From Nannocystis bainbridge (GTDB taxonomy: Bacteria; Myxococcota_A; Polyangia; Nannocystales; Nannocystaceae): a DNA stretch of 64,000 bases. Every line of letters starts with the position of its first letter. Position 1 is the stretch's first letter. This document shows positions 51,382-60,021 of the stretch, in pieces. A program made the position numbers and the translations under genes. Location of the stretch: assembly GCF_028368995.1 (NCBI RefSeq), contig NZ_JAQNDL010000001.1, forward strand, positions 1,152,001-1,216,000, in the 5' to 3' direction. The notes under the pieces were generated by a model. The model saw only the letters and a list, made by a program, of their open reading frames with translations, was not told the DNA's origin and ran no database searches.

Positions 51382-51501
51382 GAACCCCGCTTCAAACTGC
51401 TTAAGCGCGCTGTGCCGCGCGTCGAAGCTCCATGCGAGCGAATCAGCCGAGGCGACGAGCGAGGCCACGAGTCGCGCTTAAGCAGTTTGAAGCGGGGATT
51501 C
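51382..51501. mobile_element. MITE-like element with 25-bp perfect terminal inverted repeats
   Basis: ccccgcttcaaactgcttaagcgcg (51385-51409) and its exact reverse complement (51473-51497). Confidence 0.7.
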
Positions 51502-51786
51502 GGACGCCACCGACCTCATGCACCGGCGCTCGCCCGGCTATGCGGCATCGTCATGTCCGCCGCGCCCCGCTATGACCTCCGGCCCGTCGATGGTCGAACC
51601 CCGCGCGCGGCCAGATGGCCGTGCGCGGGCTTGAGGTCGCGCGGGGTGACCTCGGCGCGTGCGCTCACATCGGGCCGTAGATCGTCAAGTGCTGCACGAG
51701 TTGATTTTGCCCTCCGTGGGCAGCGACCTCTCTCAGAGACCGGAACAGCGTGGACAGCAAGAGGGCTGCGAGAAAAGCCAGGGCCG

Positions 51787-52310
51787 TCATCCAGGGGACG
51801 GAAGCCTTACTGTCACAGGGAGCAGCACAGGCTCGACATGGAGCGCCACGGCGTACAGCACCTCGTCCTGCCGCGGACAGATGCTCTGCACCACCCAGTC
51901 CCCCCAGTCGTCGCCGACGAAGAAGTAGGGGATGTCGTCGATGTTGAAGGTGCCGATGAATCGGGCCTGCTCGTTGATCTTCTCGATGTGTCCGCCCTCG
52001 ACTCCTTGCGGCAGCGGAATGACCGCGAGCTCGCCGCCCTGCCACAGCGCCGGCGCGCGGGTCTCGCCGATCAGGACCGAACCGACGATGTCGCCGCGGT
52101 CGTTCAGATCGCCGACCCACACCGCCTCGCCCGGCAGCTCCAGCGCCTCGTTCCACGCCCAGGTCATGCCGAGCCGGCGCGAGTCGCACTCGAACGACGC
52201 CGCGACCCGCCCGTCCCGATTGAGCTGCACCTCGTCGGGCGAGTGGGCCGGCGACTGGCAGTTCGTGGGCAGCACGCGCCGTTCGGCCATCACTTCGTCG
52301 TCGTGCGGAG
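51787..52310 (-). pseudogene. HAF-repeat paralog fragment in inverted orientation
   Basis: LPTNC...QLNRDG...FEC...DLNDRGDIVG...KINEQ; lacks N- and C-termini. Confidence 0.7.
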
Positions 52311-52478
52311 CGATCGCTCGCCATCGTTGAAGCCGGCGAGCGCGCTCGCCTGAGCGTGCTTGCGAGCCTCGGCCCGTCGCCCATGTTTTCATCGAGGCAG
52401 CGGACCCGCCGACGGGAGCTCGCCGGGCCGCTTGCGATCCGAAGCCTCCCCCGTATGACCAGCGCTGGAGGACCGCGA

Positions 52479-53717
52479 ATGACGGATATCTTTGAAACTG
52501 CAAGGAGCCAGTCGGCCGAGCTCAAGTGTGGGCACGTCTTTGTCGCGCCGGTGCTGGTGATCTCGGCCGCGATCGACTGCGGCGGAGACCCCTCGCCCTC
52601 GATGCAGCCGGAGCTCAGAGAGGCGGGCCCTGCGACCTGCTACACCGTCGAGCGCGTGCCCAACCCGGCGGCGGAACACGCGCCAGTGCAGCAGTTCGTC
52701 GACCTCGACGAGCACGGTCGGGTGCTGTTCAACACGATGACGGCGGACTTCGAAACGGATCGGGCCTACTTGTGGTCAGGCGGCGAGCCGCAGCCGATCG
52801 ACGTCGGCTCGTCGAGCACCAGCGCTCTCGCCATGAACAATCGCGGTGCGGTCCTGGGAATCGCCTGGAGGGAGGATCTCGAGCAACACCAGGCCTTCGT
52901 CTGGAAGGACGGCGAGGTGCAGGCGTGGATCGCCCTTCCTCCGGAGAACAACTGGGCCGACCAGGGGTGGATCGACGATCGCGGGCGGGCAGTGTTGCGA
53001 CTCCTGGTCGGGGATGCTCCGTTTCGCGCGCAGACTCTCCTGTGGGATGGTGCCGAGGTTCACGATCTCGGTTTGTGGAGCGTCGACGCAGTCAACGAGA
53101 CGGGCGAACTGGCGGGATTCGACGCCGAGCGCGGCGAGTTGGTGAAGTGGCGATGGGAACAAAAGATCGCCACCAAGAAAGTGTGCCGCTCCGGCGAAGT
53201 GTGGGAAGCCGGGATGCGGATAAACCGCCACGGCCAGGTGGCCGCCTCGCTCCTGTGCGACGGCAAGGAGGAGGAGTTTTTCAAGCGCGACGTCCTGTGG
53301 AGCGGCGACGAGGTGAGCGACTTGCCGGACCTACGCGGCAGTCACACACGGTTCATGGATCTCAACGACCGCGGCGAAGTCCTCGGCGTCGTCGACGAAG
53401 ATGGGGGTCCGGTGTTGTGGCGCGACGACGAGCTCATCGAGCTCTCTCTCCCGCCGGGCATCCAGAGCGTGGTCGCCACGGACGTCAACAATCACGGCGT
53501 GATCACCGGCTTCAGCTACGCCCACGCGCTGCTGGTCGGCGACGCCGACGGGCTCTTCGAGCTCCCGCGGCCAAAACTGCCGTTCGAGGGTTACGAGGTG
53601 CCCGGTGCGATCAACGATCACGGCGTCATCGTCCACGCGTTCGCCGACGACATCTTCGCCACCCAGGACATGCGGGTGTTTCAGTGGCGACCGGGGTGCG
53701 ACCCGGATGACGCGTGA
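52479..53717 (+). CDS. HAF-repeat-like protein, paralog 3
   Basis: GGAGGA RBS; DLDEHG, AMNNRG, AVNETG, DLNDRG, DVNNHG and AINDHG repeats. Confidence 0.8.
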   Translation: MTDIFETARSQSAELKCGHVFVAPVLVISAAIDCGGDPSPSMQPELREAGPATCYTVERVPNPAAEHAPVQQFVDLDEHGRVLFNTMTADFETDRAYLWSGGEPQPIDVGSSSTSALAMNNRGAVLGIAWREDLEQHQAFVWKDGEVQAWIALPPENNWADQGWIDDRGRAVLRLLVGDAPFRAQTLLWDGAEVHDLGLWSVDAVNETGELAGFDAERGELVKWRWEQKIATKKVCRSGEVWEAGMRINRHGQVAASLLCDGKEEEFFKRDVLWSGDEVSDLPDLRGSHTRFMDLNDRGEVLGVVDEDGGPVLWRDDELIELSLPPGIQSVVATDVNNHGVITGFSYAHALLVGDADGLFELPRPKLPFEGYEVPGAINDHGVIVHAFADDIFATQDMRVFQWRPGCDPDDA

Positions 53718-53929
53718 AGCTCGGTAGCCCACCGCGGGCAGCCGGCAGCTCACCAAGTCGCCGAGATTGAAACGGAAGCGCCTGCGTGGCCTGACCTTCC
53801 CCGGTCAGCGGGCTGGCCACCCGGCCCGTGCGCTGGACGGCCCTGCGACCCGCATGGACGTGTCCCCGCCCATCCGCCCAGTGTGACGACGGCAGGGGAT
53901 CGCCAGCCGGGACGATTACCCGCGGACGT

Positions 53930-54200
53930 CCGGTTTTTGGGGCAGATTTGTGGCAACCAGAGGCACCCAGAGGCAACCCGGGGCAAGTCGTCCATCTCGC
54001 CAAAGCCCCTCCGCGTGGAGATCCGCGGCGTTTTGGCAGCGGAGGGGCTTTTGGCGAGGATGGGTCAGAACTTGTTCCACAAGTACTGCGCCGTCTGTCA
54101 CAGTTGATTCATTCTAATCACCTGTGATCCCTTCGCTTTTTGGGCTTTCCCTTGCCTGCGTGAGGGCGCGTCCGAGGAGCCCGTGACGGATCCGTGACAA
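53930..54200. mobile_element. Putative att junction at the integrase end of the element
   Basis: ttggggca/ttgtggca pair, 10-bp-phased ggca repeats, inverted repeat 53997-54057, AT-rich patch 54100-54120, and CCGTGAC twice at 11-bp spacing (54181, 54192). Confidence 0.6.
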
Positions 54201-55380
54201 CTGGCTGCGCCGATGCCCGCGCGTTCTCGAGGGCCGTCACCGCGCGCCCCTGTGCGTCGCCGGTGTCGTGGAGGTAGGCGGCGACCGTGGTAGCGAGGTG
54301 CTGATGGCCGAGCAGCTTCTGGACCGATACGAGGTCGGCTCCGCCAGCCAACGCTGAGGTCGCCGCCGAGTGGCGCAGCACATGAGCGCCCTTGGTCTCG
54401 AGCCCGACCGTGCCCTGCACATGCCCGAGCCAACGACGGATCGTGGACCGACTGAGCCGGCCTCCGTCGCGCCCCTCGAACAGCGGTGCCACCTTCCCCC
54501 TCCCTGCGACCAACGACGCAAGGGCAGCGGCGAGTCGCTCGGTCATGGACAACGTGCGCGGCTCGCCGCTCTTCGGGGGCGTGACCTCGCCGGTCGGACT
54601 GACCGATCGCTCGACCCGGACGGTGCGGTGCTCGAGATCCACATCGCGGACCTCGAGCCCGATGATCTCCCCGACCCGCAGGGCCGTCTCGCCGCCCACG
54701 AGGAATAACGCGAGATGTTCCGGCCCCTCTTCCGCAGCCGCCGCGACGAGCGCCTCGAACGTCGCGTCGTCGTACGCCTTCGGGATCGATCCCTGGCGCT
54801 CCCTGAGCTTCTCCAGCTCCTCTGGCGGCGTAGTCCGGAGACGCAGCACGTGGCAGCGCTTCAGCATCATGGCGAAGACATTCATCGTCTGATTGATGGT
54901 CGTGGCCGCATACCCCTGCTTCCGCATGGCAGCGCGAACCCGGCTCGCCTCGGCCTCCCCCGACTCGACCACGGGCTCATCGCCGACGACGGCGATAACG
55001 TGATCGAGCTTGAGCTTCTTCGCCTCGATCGTCGACGCCGCGTTGCCACGGCCGGCGCAATCCGCGAGGTAGATCTCCACGGCCTCACGGATGTTCTTGG
55101 CCCGCTTTTCCTCCTGCTGCGGCTGCTGAGCCGCCGCGTCGGGCTCGCCCGTCTCCTGAGCGGCCTTCGCCTTGCTGTCCTTGCTCTGCGGGGGCAGCCT
55201 TCCGGCTTCGATCTCCCGGCGGACCTGCTCGCCCCATCGGAGGGCCGCCGACTTGCTTGTGATCGAGCGCGGCGCCGAATAGCGGTACCGCTTGGCCTTG
55301 ATCGCCCCCAGCGGCATGGCCTTGATGTCGACCTGCCAGGCGGGCTCCTTGGTGTCTGTTCGCTGTCGCACCTTGATCAT
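54118..55380 (-). CDS. int: Tyrosine recombinase / phage integrase
   Basis: ALRVGEIIGL (R), PPKSG (K), HVLRHS (HxxR), LGHQHLATTVAAY (H, Y), plus an N-terminal arm-binding-like region. Confidence 0.95.
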   Translation of the reverse strand: MIKVRQRTDTKEPAWQVDIKAMPLGAIKAKRYRYSAPRSITSKSAALRWGEQVRREIEAGRLPPQSKDSKAKAAQETGEPDAAAQQPQQEEKRAKNIREAVEIYLADCAGRGNAASTIEAKKLKLDHVIAVVGDEPVVESGEAEASRVRAAMRKQGYAATTINQTMNVFAMMLKRCHVLRLRTTPPEELEKLRERQGSIPKAYDDATFEALVAAAAEEGPEHLALFLVGGETALRVGEIIGLEVRDVDLEHRTVRVERSVSPTGEVTPPKSGEPRTLSMTERLAAALASLVAGRGKVAPLFEGRDGGRLSRSTIRRWLGHVQGTVGLETKGAHVLRHSAATSALAGGADLVSVQKLLGHQHLATTVAAYLHDTGDAQGRAVTALENARASAQPVVTDPSRAPRTRPHAGKGKPKKRRDHR

Positions 55381-55519
55381 CTGCGCGTCACTTTCCGCGC
55401 AGCCCTGCGTCCGAGTTACCTCGACCGAGGGCCGCGATCAAGCATGGAGTCGAGAAATTTCCAGGATCGATAGACCGGAGGTTCGGCGCCAGTTGCTACA
55501 CTGCCCTCAGGCCGTGGAC

Positions 55520-55783
55520 CTAATAGCGTGGCTCTCCGAGTAGGGCGAGCCATTTCTCCAGGTCGCTTCGAAGCCACCGTACACCCAGTCCAGGCACCTT
55601 GATGGGAGGGGGAAGCTGGGCCCGAGCCCGCATGTTCCTCACCTGTGCCTCGGTCGAGCCGATGAACTCGGCGACTTCGGCTGCCCTCAGCAAGGCAGAG
55701 GAGGGCTTGATTGACTGTGGGGCCTTGTCGACGTTCAACGGAGCCGAGAGGCCCATCGCAGGATTTTGTCCCGTCTTCACCAC
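55520..55783 (-). CDS. AlpA/excisionase-like HTH protein
   Basis: LLRAAEVAEFIG...LPPPIKV...VRWLRSDLEKWL; GGAGG RBS; directly upstream of int. Confidence 0.85.
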   Translation of the reverse strand: MVKTGQNPAMGLSAPLNVDKAPQSIKPSSALLRAAEVAEFIGSTEAQVRNMRARAQLPPPIKVPGLGVRWLRSDLEKWLALLGEPRY

Positions 55784-55826
55784 GTTCCACCTCCCCTTCG
55801 CCTACATCCCGTTGCTCGCTCCGGAT

Positions 55827-56519
55827 TCAGCGCGCTCGCCACCCGCCGCGGCGCGCATCGACGTATTCCGACCAGCGCCCTTCGGCGGCGCGGACCGGCA
55901 GACCGAGGTCGATCAGCTCGGGCGCGTAGATAGGCCACTCGTGCGGGGCGTTGTGGCCCATGAACACGGCCATCGCCTTCTCGACGCCCGCGGCGCCCTG
56001 GGTGGCCTGAAGCCGCGCCCGCAAGGTGCTCTGAAGATGCCGGCGCATGGCGTCCTCGTACTCGCGGGCGGTCGCGTGGAGGCCGTCCTCGTCGCCGGCC
56101 TCGATGTGCTTCGCGCGCCGCCCGAACAACACCGGGTCGACTGCCGAGAGCGCCGCGCTCCGACCGATGGCGATCTCGCGGGCGCCGAGGGCGATCAGGG
56201 TGCCGCCTGAAAGCGCCATGTACGGGACCACGGCGGTCGAGCGCGGGAAGCGTCCGATCGCGTTGGCGATCATCACACAAGAGGTAGCGCAGCCGCCGGG
56301 TGTGTGGAGCACCACCGTAACCTCGTCGCCGTGGATCCGCGCGAGACGCGCGAGGACGTAGTCCACGACGCGCAGGTCGATCATGGGCGTGATGATCGGA
56401 ATAATCGATGGGTCCTCTCCGAGCGCGTTCGGGCCCCGGCCCGCGACGTAGTATGCGACGCCCGCGAGCGCCGTCGTGGCCGCGAGCGCGGCGAGGATGA
56501 TCGGTCCCTTGTTCTCCAT
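55827..56519 (-). CDS. SDH-family Clp-fold serine protease with N-terminal TM anchor
   Basis: LHTPGG, VPYMALSGGTLIAL, AALSAVDP, HEWPI. Confidence 0.85.
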   Translation of the reverse strand: MENKGPIILAALAATTALAGVAYYVAGRGPNALGEDPSIIPIITPMIDLRVVDYVLARLARIHGDEVTVVLHTPGGCATSCVMIANAIGRFPRSTAVVPYMALSGGTLIALGAREIAIGRSAALSAVDPVLFGRRAKHIEAGDEDGLHATAREYEDAMRRHLQSTLRARLQATQGAAGVEKAMAVFMGHNAPHEWPIYAPELIDLGLPVRAAEGRWSEYVDARRGGWRAR

Positions 56520-56530
56520 GATCGAGTTCC

Positions 56531-56740
56531 TCACTTCGTCTTGCGGGCCATTCGCCAGCCCATCGTCAACCCGACGAGCATGCCGAGCGCGCTGGCGATC
56601 GAGCCTGCGATCAGCGTTCGGTTCATGCCCTGCGCGCCGAGCCGATGGAGATCGGCACGAGCTAGCCGCAGCTGCTCCGCGAGCGCGGCGCACTCGATCT
56701 TCGCCGCCTGCAGCGCCTGATCGAGCTCTTGGGCGGGCAT
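56531..56740 (-). CDS. Small coiled-coil protein with C-terminal TM anchor
   Basis: 69 aa, ends LIAGSIASALGMLVGLTMGWRMARKTK. Confidence 0.7.
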   Translation of the reverse strand: MPAQELDQALQAAKIECAALAEQLRLARADLHRLGAQGMNRTLIAGSIASALGMLVGLTMGWRMARKTK

Positions 56741-56745
56741 CGCTC

Positions 56746-57333
56746 TCACTTCCCCTTTGGCCAGAACGCGGTGGCCGCGAGCACGCCGAGGCCGAGGGTG
56801 GTCGCCAGCTTCTCCTCGAGGGTGACCGGTGTCATACGCACGGTGTGCCCGCCCTTGGCTTCGCTGGCGTCCCCCCTCCAGTGCGCGCCGGGGTACAGGC
56901 GGGCAGTGAGGGTCCAGGGCTGCACGGTGACGATAAAGACATTCTCGGGCTTGCCGGCAATCCGGGCGATCTCGGCGAGCGCCGCCTGGAGATCGGTGAC
57001 GTACTCGAGGACGCACGAGACGAACACGACCCCCGAGTCATCGGCGACGCCCGGGAGCGGGCCCTTGGTGATGTCGGCGACGATCGTGACGGGGCACTTG
57101 GGGCAGCCGTTCATGTCCACACACACGTCGCCGCACCCGTAGGCCCGCATCAGGCGCGTGTGCATGCCGCCGTCCGGATCGCCGATGACGACGAGCGGGC
57201 GGCCGAGAGCGCCGGCCCTGTCGACCGCGAGGCGGAACGCCGAGGAGCGCTCGCGGAAGCGGACCAGGGTGGCCATGCTCTCGACGGCAGCGACGTAGCC
57301 AAGGGCGACACGGGCGAGGGTGCGAATGGACAT
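56746..57333 (-). CDS. Methyltransferase-fold-like protein with C-terminal TM anchor
   Basis: AAGGAG RBS; LVVIGDP, YGCGDVCVDMNGCPKC, VFVSCVLEYV.DL..ALAEI.RI (resembles class I MTase motifs). Confidence 0.65.
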   Translation of the reverse strand: MSIRTLARVALGYVAAVESMATLVRFRERSSAFRLAVDRAGALGRPLVVIGDPDGGMHTRLMRAYGCGDVCVDMNGCPKCPVTIVADITKGPLPGVADDSGVVFVSCVLEYVTDLQAALAEIARIAGKPENVFIVTVQPWTLTARLYPGAHWRGDASEAKGGHTVRMTPVTLEEKLATTLGLGVLAATAFWPKGK

Positions 57334-57364
57334 GGACGGCTCCTTCGTGTGATTGTCGGGCGGC

Positions 57365-58987
57365 CTACGCCTCGCTTGGGCAGGTGTTCCCGACCACCGC
57401 GGCGGTCGGGCTGGTTTTGTCCGTCTCGAGCTTTTGGAACAGCTCACCGACTCTTTGGACTACGTCGCCCTTGAGTTCCGCGACGACGTGAAGGCCGGCC
57501 TCGATTCGAGCCTCCGCCGCCGCGATCCGTTCGTCGAGCGATCGCGGGCCTGCCGCAGCGAGCGGCACCAGCGAAGTTCCGCGTGAACCGACGACGTCGA
57601 CCGAGACCTCGTGCTGCATCGCGTCTGCGGACTGGAACTCGACCGGCTTGCTCTCTCTCGGCCCGGCCTCGTTGACCTGGGGCTCGTTCGCGCGGATCGG
57701 GTCGTGATCGCTCGTGTCGGAGGCATGACTCTCCTCGGTCCGGTCGGAAACCCCGGCGGAGCTGGTGGTCTCCTCGACCTGGCTCGCGTCACGTGGAGCC
57801 ACCTCCACAACCTCGGGCACGTCGATCGCGCGGGCATCCCTCTTGGCGCCCTCGATCGGGTCCTCGCTGTGCAGCTTCGTCCCCGCCGCCTCGGTTTCGC
57901 CGGTCTCTCGTGCCCTGTCCTGCACGGGCTCGGCTTGCGCCGCCAGGTCGCCCGACGTAGCGATGAAGACGGACAGGGTCTCCGCCGGTGACGAGTCGGG
58001 GCGCGTCAGTTTGAGTAGTTCGAACTCGACTCGCCGAAGTTGCGCGCGCAGCTCGTCGAGCTCGGCTTGCATGCGGGCCTGCCGGGCGCTCTGCGCCTCG
58101 ATGCGGCGCGCGAGTTCCTGGAACTGCGCGTTCATCCAATCCTTGAGCTCCAGCAGCTCCCGCGCGATGCGGGTCTCGAATGCATCGACACGACGTTCGA
58201 GCGCGGCGATCGGCGCCCCATCTTCGGAACGGAGCAGCTCCGGGATCGGATCGTTGCAGCCCGCGGTCCTGGCGTCGTCGCTCGTCCTCACTGCGCGATC
58301 CGCTGACGTGATGCGCACGGGCACGACGTCGTTCACTGCTGTGATTGCGGCAGCAGTCGGCGCGGGATTGCTCGGCATGTCGGGAGAATTCGTCTGCTCC
58401 TGGGACCGTCGTCGTGCTTCCGACGTGAACTCCGGGCGGAATCGTGGCTGTCTCGGCGCCCCGACCAGGGCCGCGGGAGAGGCTGTCGGTGGCGGCGCCG
58501 CGGCAGGCGGCGGCGTGCGCCGGGCGGCCGAGGTGAACTCCGGCCGAAAATGCGGCAGCTTCCCCGCAGTCGCGGTCCACGACGTTCCTGGCGGCGCTGC
58601 GGCGGGCGCCGCGCCCGAGGCCGGCGGCACAGGCGGATCGCCCGTCGGCGCGCAGCACCTGGCAAGGTGCTGCACGAAGGCCCCGAGGTCGTGCGGGTTT
58701 GCGGCGGCGTCCGCGGCCACGGTGATCAGGTCCTTGATCGCCTCCGCGGTTTTCCCCTCCTGCATCAGCCCCTTGATGAGCTTGTCGAGGTGCGGCACAT
58801 CGATGCCGTGTTCCTTGAGGTACACGTGCATGGCGTCGGCGCCGGTGAGAGGCGGCTTGATTCCCGCGAGGCGCTCGCGGCGCGAGCGATCGGCGTGGGC
58901 GAGCCCCTGCATGGCCCACGTCAGCAGGGTCAGGGTGTTGCGCATCGCCGGGTGCATGGGTTGTGTCTGTGGAAACGCTCCGTCCAT
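57365..58987 (-). CDS. Hypothetical protein with Pro-rich linker and coiled coils
   Basis: 540 aa; P[HR]FRPEFTS[AE]ARR twice; heptad stretches. Confidence 0.7.
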   Translation of the reverse strand: MDGAFPQTQPMHPAMRNTLTLLTWAMQGLAHADRSRRERLAGIKPPLTGADAMHVYLKEHGIDVPHLDKLIKGLMQEGKTAEAIKDLITVAADAAANPHDLGAFVQHLARCCAPTGDPPVPPASGAAPAAAPPGTSWTATAGKLPHFRPEFTSAARRTPPPAAAPPPTASPAALVGAPRQPRFRPEFTSEARRRSQEQTNSPDMPSNPAPTAAAITAVNDVVPVRITSADRAVRTSDDARTAGCNDPIPELLRSEDGAPIAALERRVDAFETRIARELLELKDWMNAQFQELARRIEAQSARQARMQAELDELRAQLRRVEFELLKLTRPDSSPAETLSVFIATSGDLAAQAEPVQDRARETGETEAAGTKLHSEDPIEGAKRDARAIDVPEVVEVAPRDASQVEETTSSAGVSDRTEESHASDTSDHDPIRANEPQVNEAGPRESKPVEFQSADAMQHEVSVDVVGSRGTSLVPLAAAGPRSLDERIAAAEARIEAGLHVVAELKGDVVQRVGELFQKLETDKTSPTAAVVGNTCPSEA

Positions 58988-59069
58988 CTCTCTGCCCTTT
59001 CTCGCCGATGCTCCGCGCGACGGTGGCCGCAGTCCTCCGCGCGATTCCGGCTGTGTGGTTTATCCGAGG

Positions 59070-59717
59070 TCACTTGCGCGCCGCCACGGCGATGACCGTG
59101 GCGACGCCGAGAACGGTCCCGCCCGCGAGGATGTAGGGGGCCCATTCGAGGAGTTTGCCGAGCCCAGCCCCGAATCCGCCGAGCGCCTTGCCGGCGCCGC
59201 CGATGGCCTCGCCAGCCCCCTGGATGGCGGTCCTGGCCGCCGCGCCGAATTCGTCGCCCCAATTCGTCACCCACGCCGACCATGAGGTTGCGTCGGCGGC
59301 GAGCTGCTTGCTCAGGGCGTCCATCTTCTTCGCCCAGGTCCGGTGTGGATAGGCCGAAGTGATGAGGTCGACGAGGGCGGCGTTCTGCGTCGTGTCGGTG
59401 ATGAGCCGCTCGCTCGCGTCCGACCAGTCGGGCGCCCGCTCGAGGAAGCGCACGATCGTCTCGATCGGCGCCCGGGTCAGTAAGTCGGTGCAGAGCGCTC
59501 GGATTTCGCCGCGCACGTGGACACCCGCAGCCGCCTGGACGTCGGCCTCGGTCGGGCCGGTGGCGCCCTTTTCCTTGGCGGCGTCGACGACCTTCATGCC
59601 GTCGACGATGTAGTCTTTGTAGGCCGCGATGATGGTCTCCCACAGCATGAGCCGGTTCTTGCGGTAGTTCGCCGTCTCGGGCGAATTCTCCATCTCGAGG
59701 ACGTCGGGGGTCGTTTC
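59070..59717 (-). CDS. Helical protein with C-terminal TM anchor
   Basis: Gly-rich AGEAIGGAGKALGGFGAGLG segment, then WAPYILAGGTVLGVATVIAVAARK; exact start uncertain (ORF track gives 59723). Confidence 0.75.
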   Translation of the reverse strand, partial: ETTPDVLEMENSPETANYRKNRLMLWETIIAAYKDYIVDGMKVVDAAKEKGATGPTEADVQAAAGVHVRGEIRALCTDLLTRAPIETIVRFLERAPDWSDASERLITDTTQNAALVDLITSAYPHRTWAKKMDALSKQLAADATSWSAWVTNWGDEFGAAARTAIQGAGEAIGGAGKALGGFGAGLGKLLEWAPYILAGGTVLGVATVIAVAARK

Positions 59718-60018
59718 ATTCATACGCGTTTACCTTCGCGCGCCGGAGCACGCGGATGCCGACAACGTGATCGCGGGCGGTCACGCAGTAGGTCCCCGGG
59801 GTGGTCAAAAAGACAGGTTCGTAGCGGCGGGGCGTGATGTGGAGGCCCACCGGGGTGGCGGCGCGCGGCCTCGAGATCGTAGCGATGCCCCGGACGATGA
59901 CGACGATCGCCACGTGTCCCTCGGGCAGCACTTCCATGTGATTCTCGCCGCGTAGCATCGCCAAAAGGTCGAAGTCATGCCGGAGGCCGCGGAACAGGTT
60001 GAGGAGGTCGAAGTGCAT
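59716..60018 (-). CDS. Small hypothetical beta-rich protein
   Basis: 100 aa, tightly packed between its neighbours. Confidence 0.6.
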   Translation of the reverse strand: MHFDLLNLFRGLRHDFDLLAMLRGENHMEVLPEGHVAIVVIVRGIATISRPRAATPVGLHITPRRYEPVFLTTPGTYCVTARDHVVGIRVLRRAKVNAYE

Positions 60019-60021
60019 CCG

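Noticed and set aside
53990-54120. tRNA or tmRNA as integration target
   Set aside because: No cloverleaf, TTCGA T-loop or CCA end could be found on either strand.
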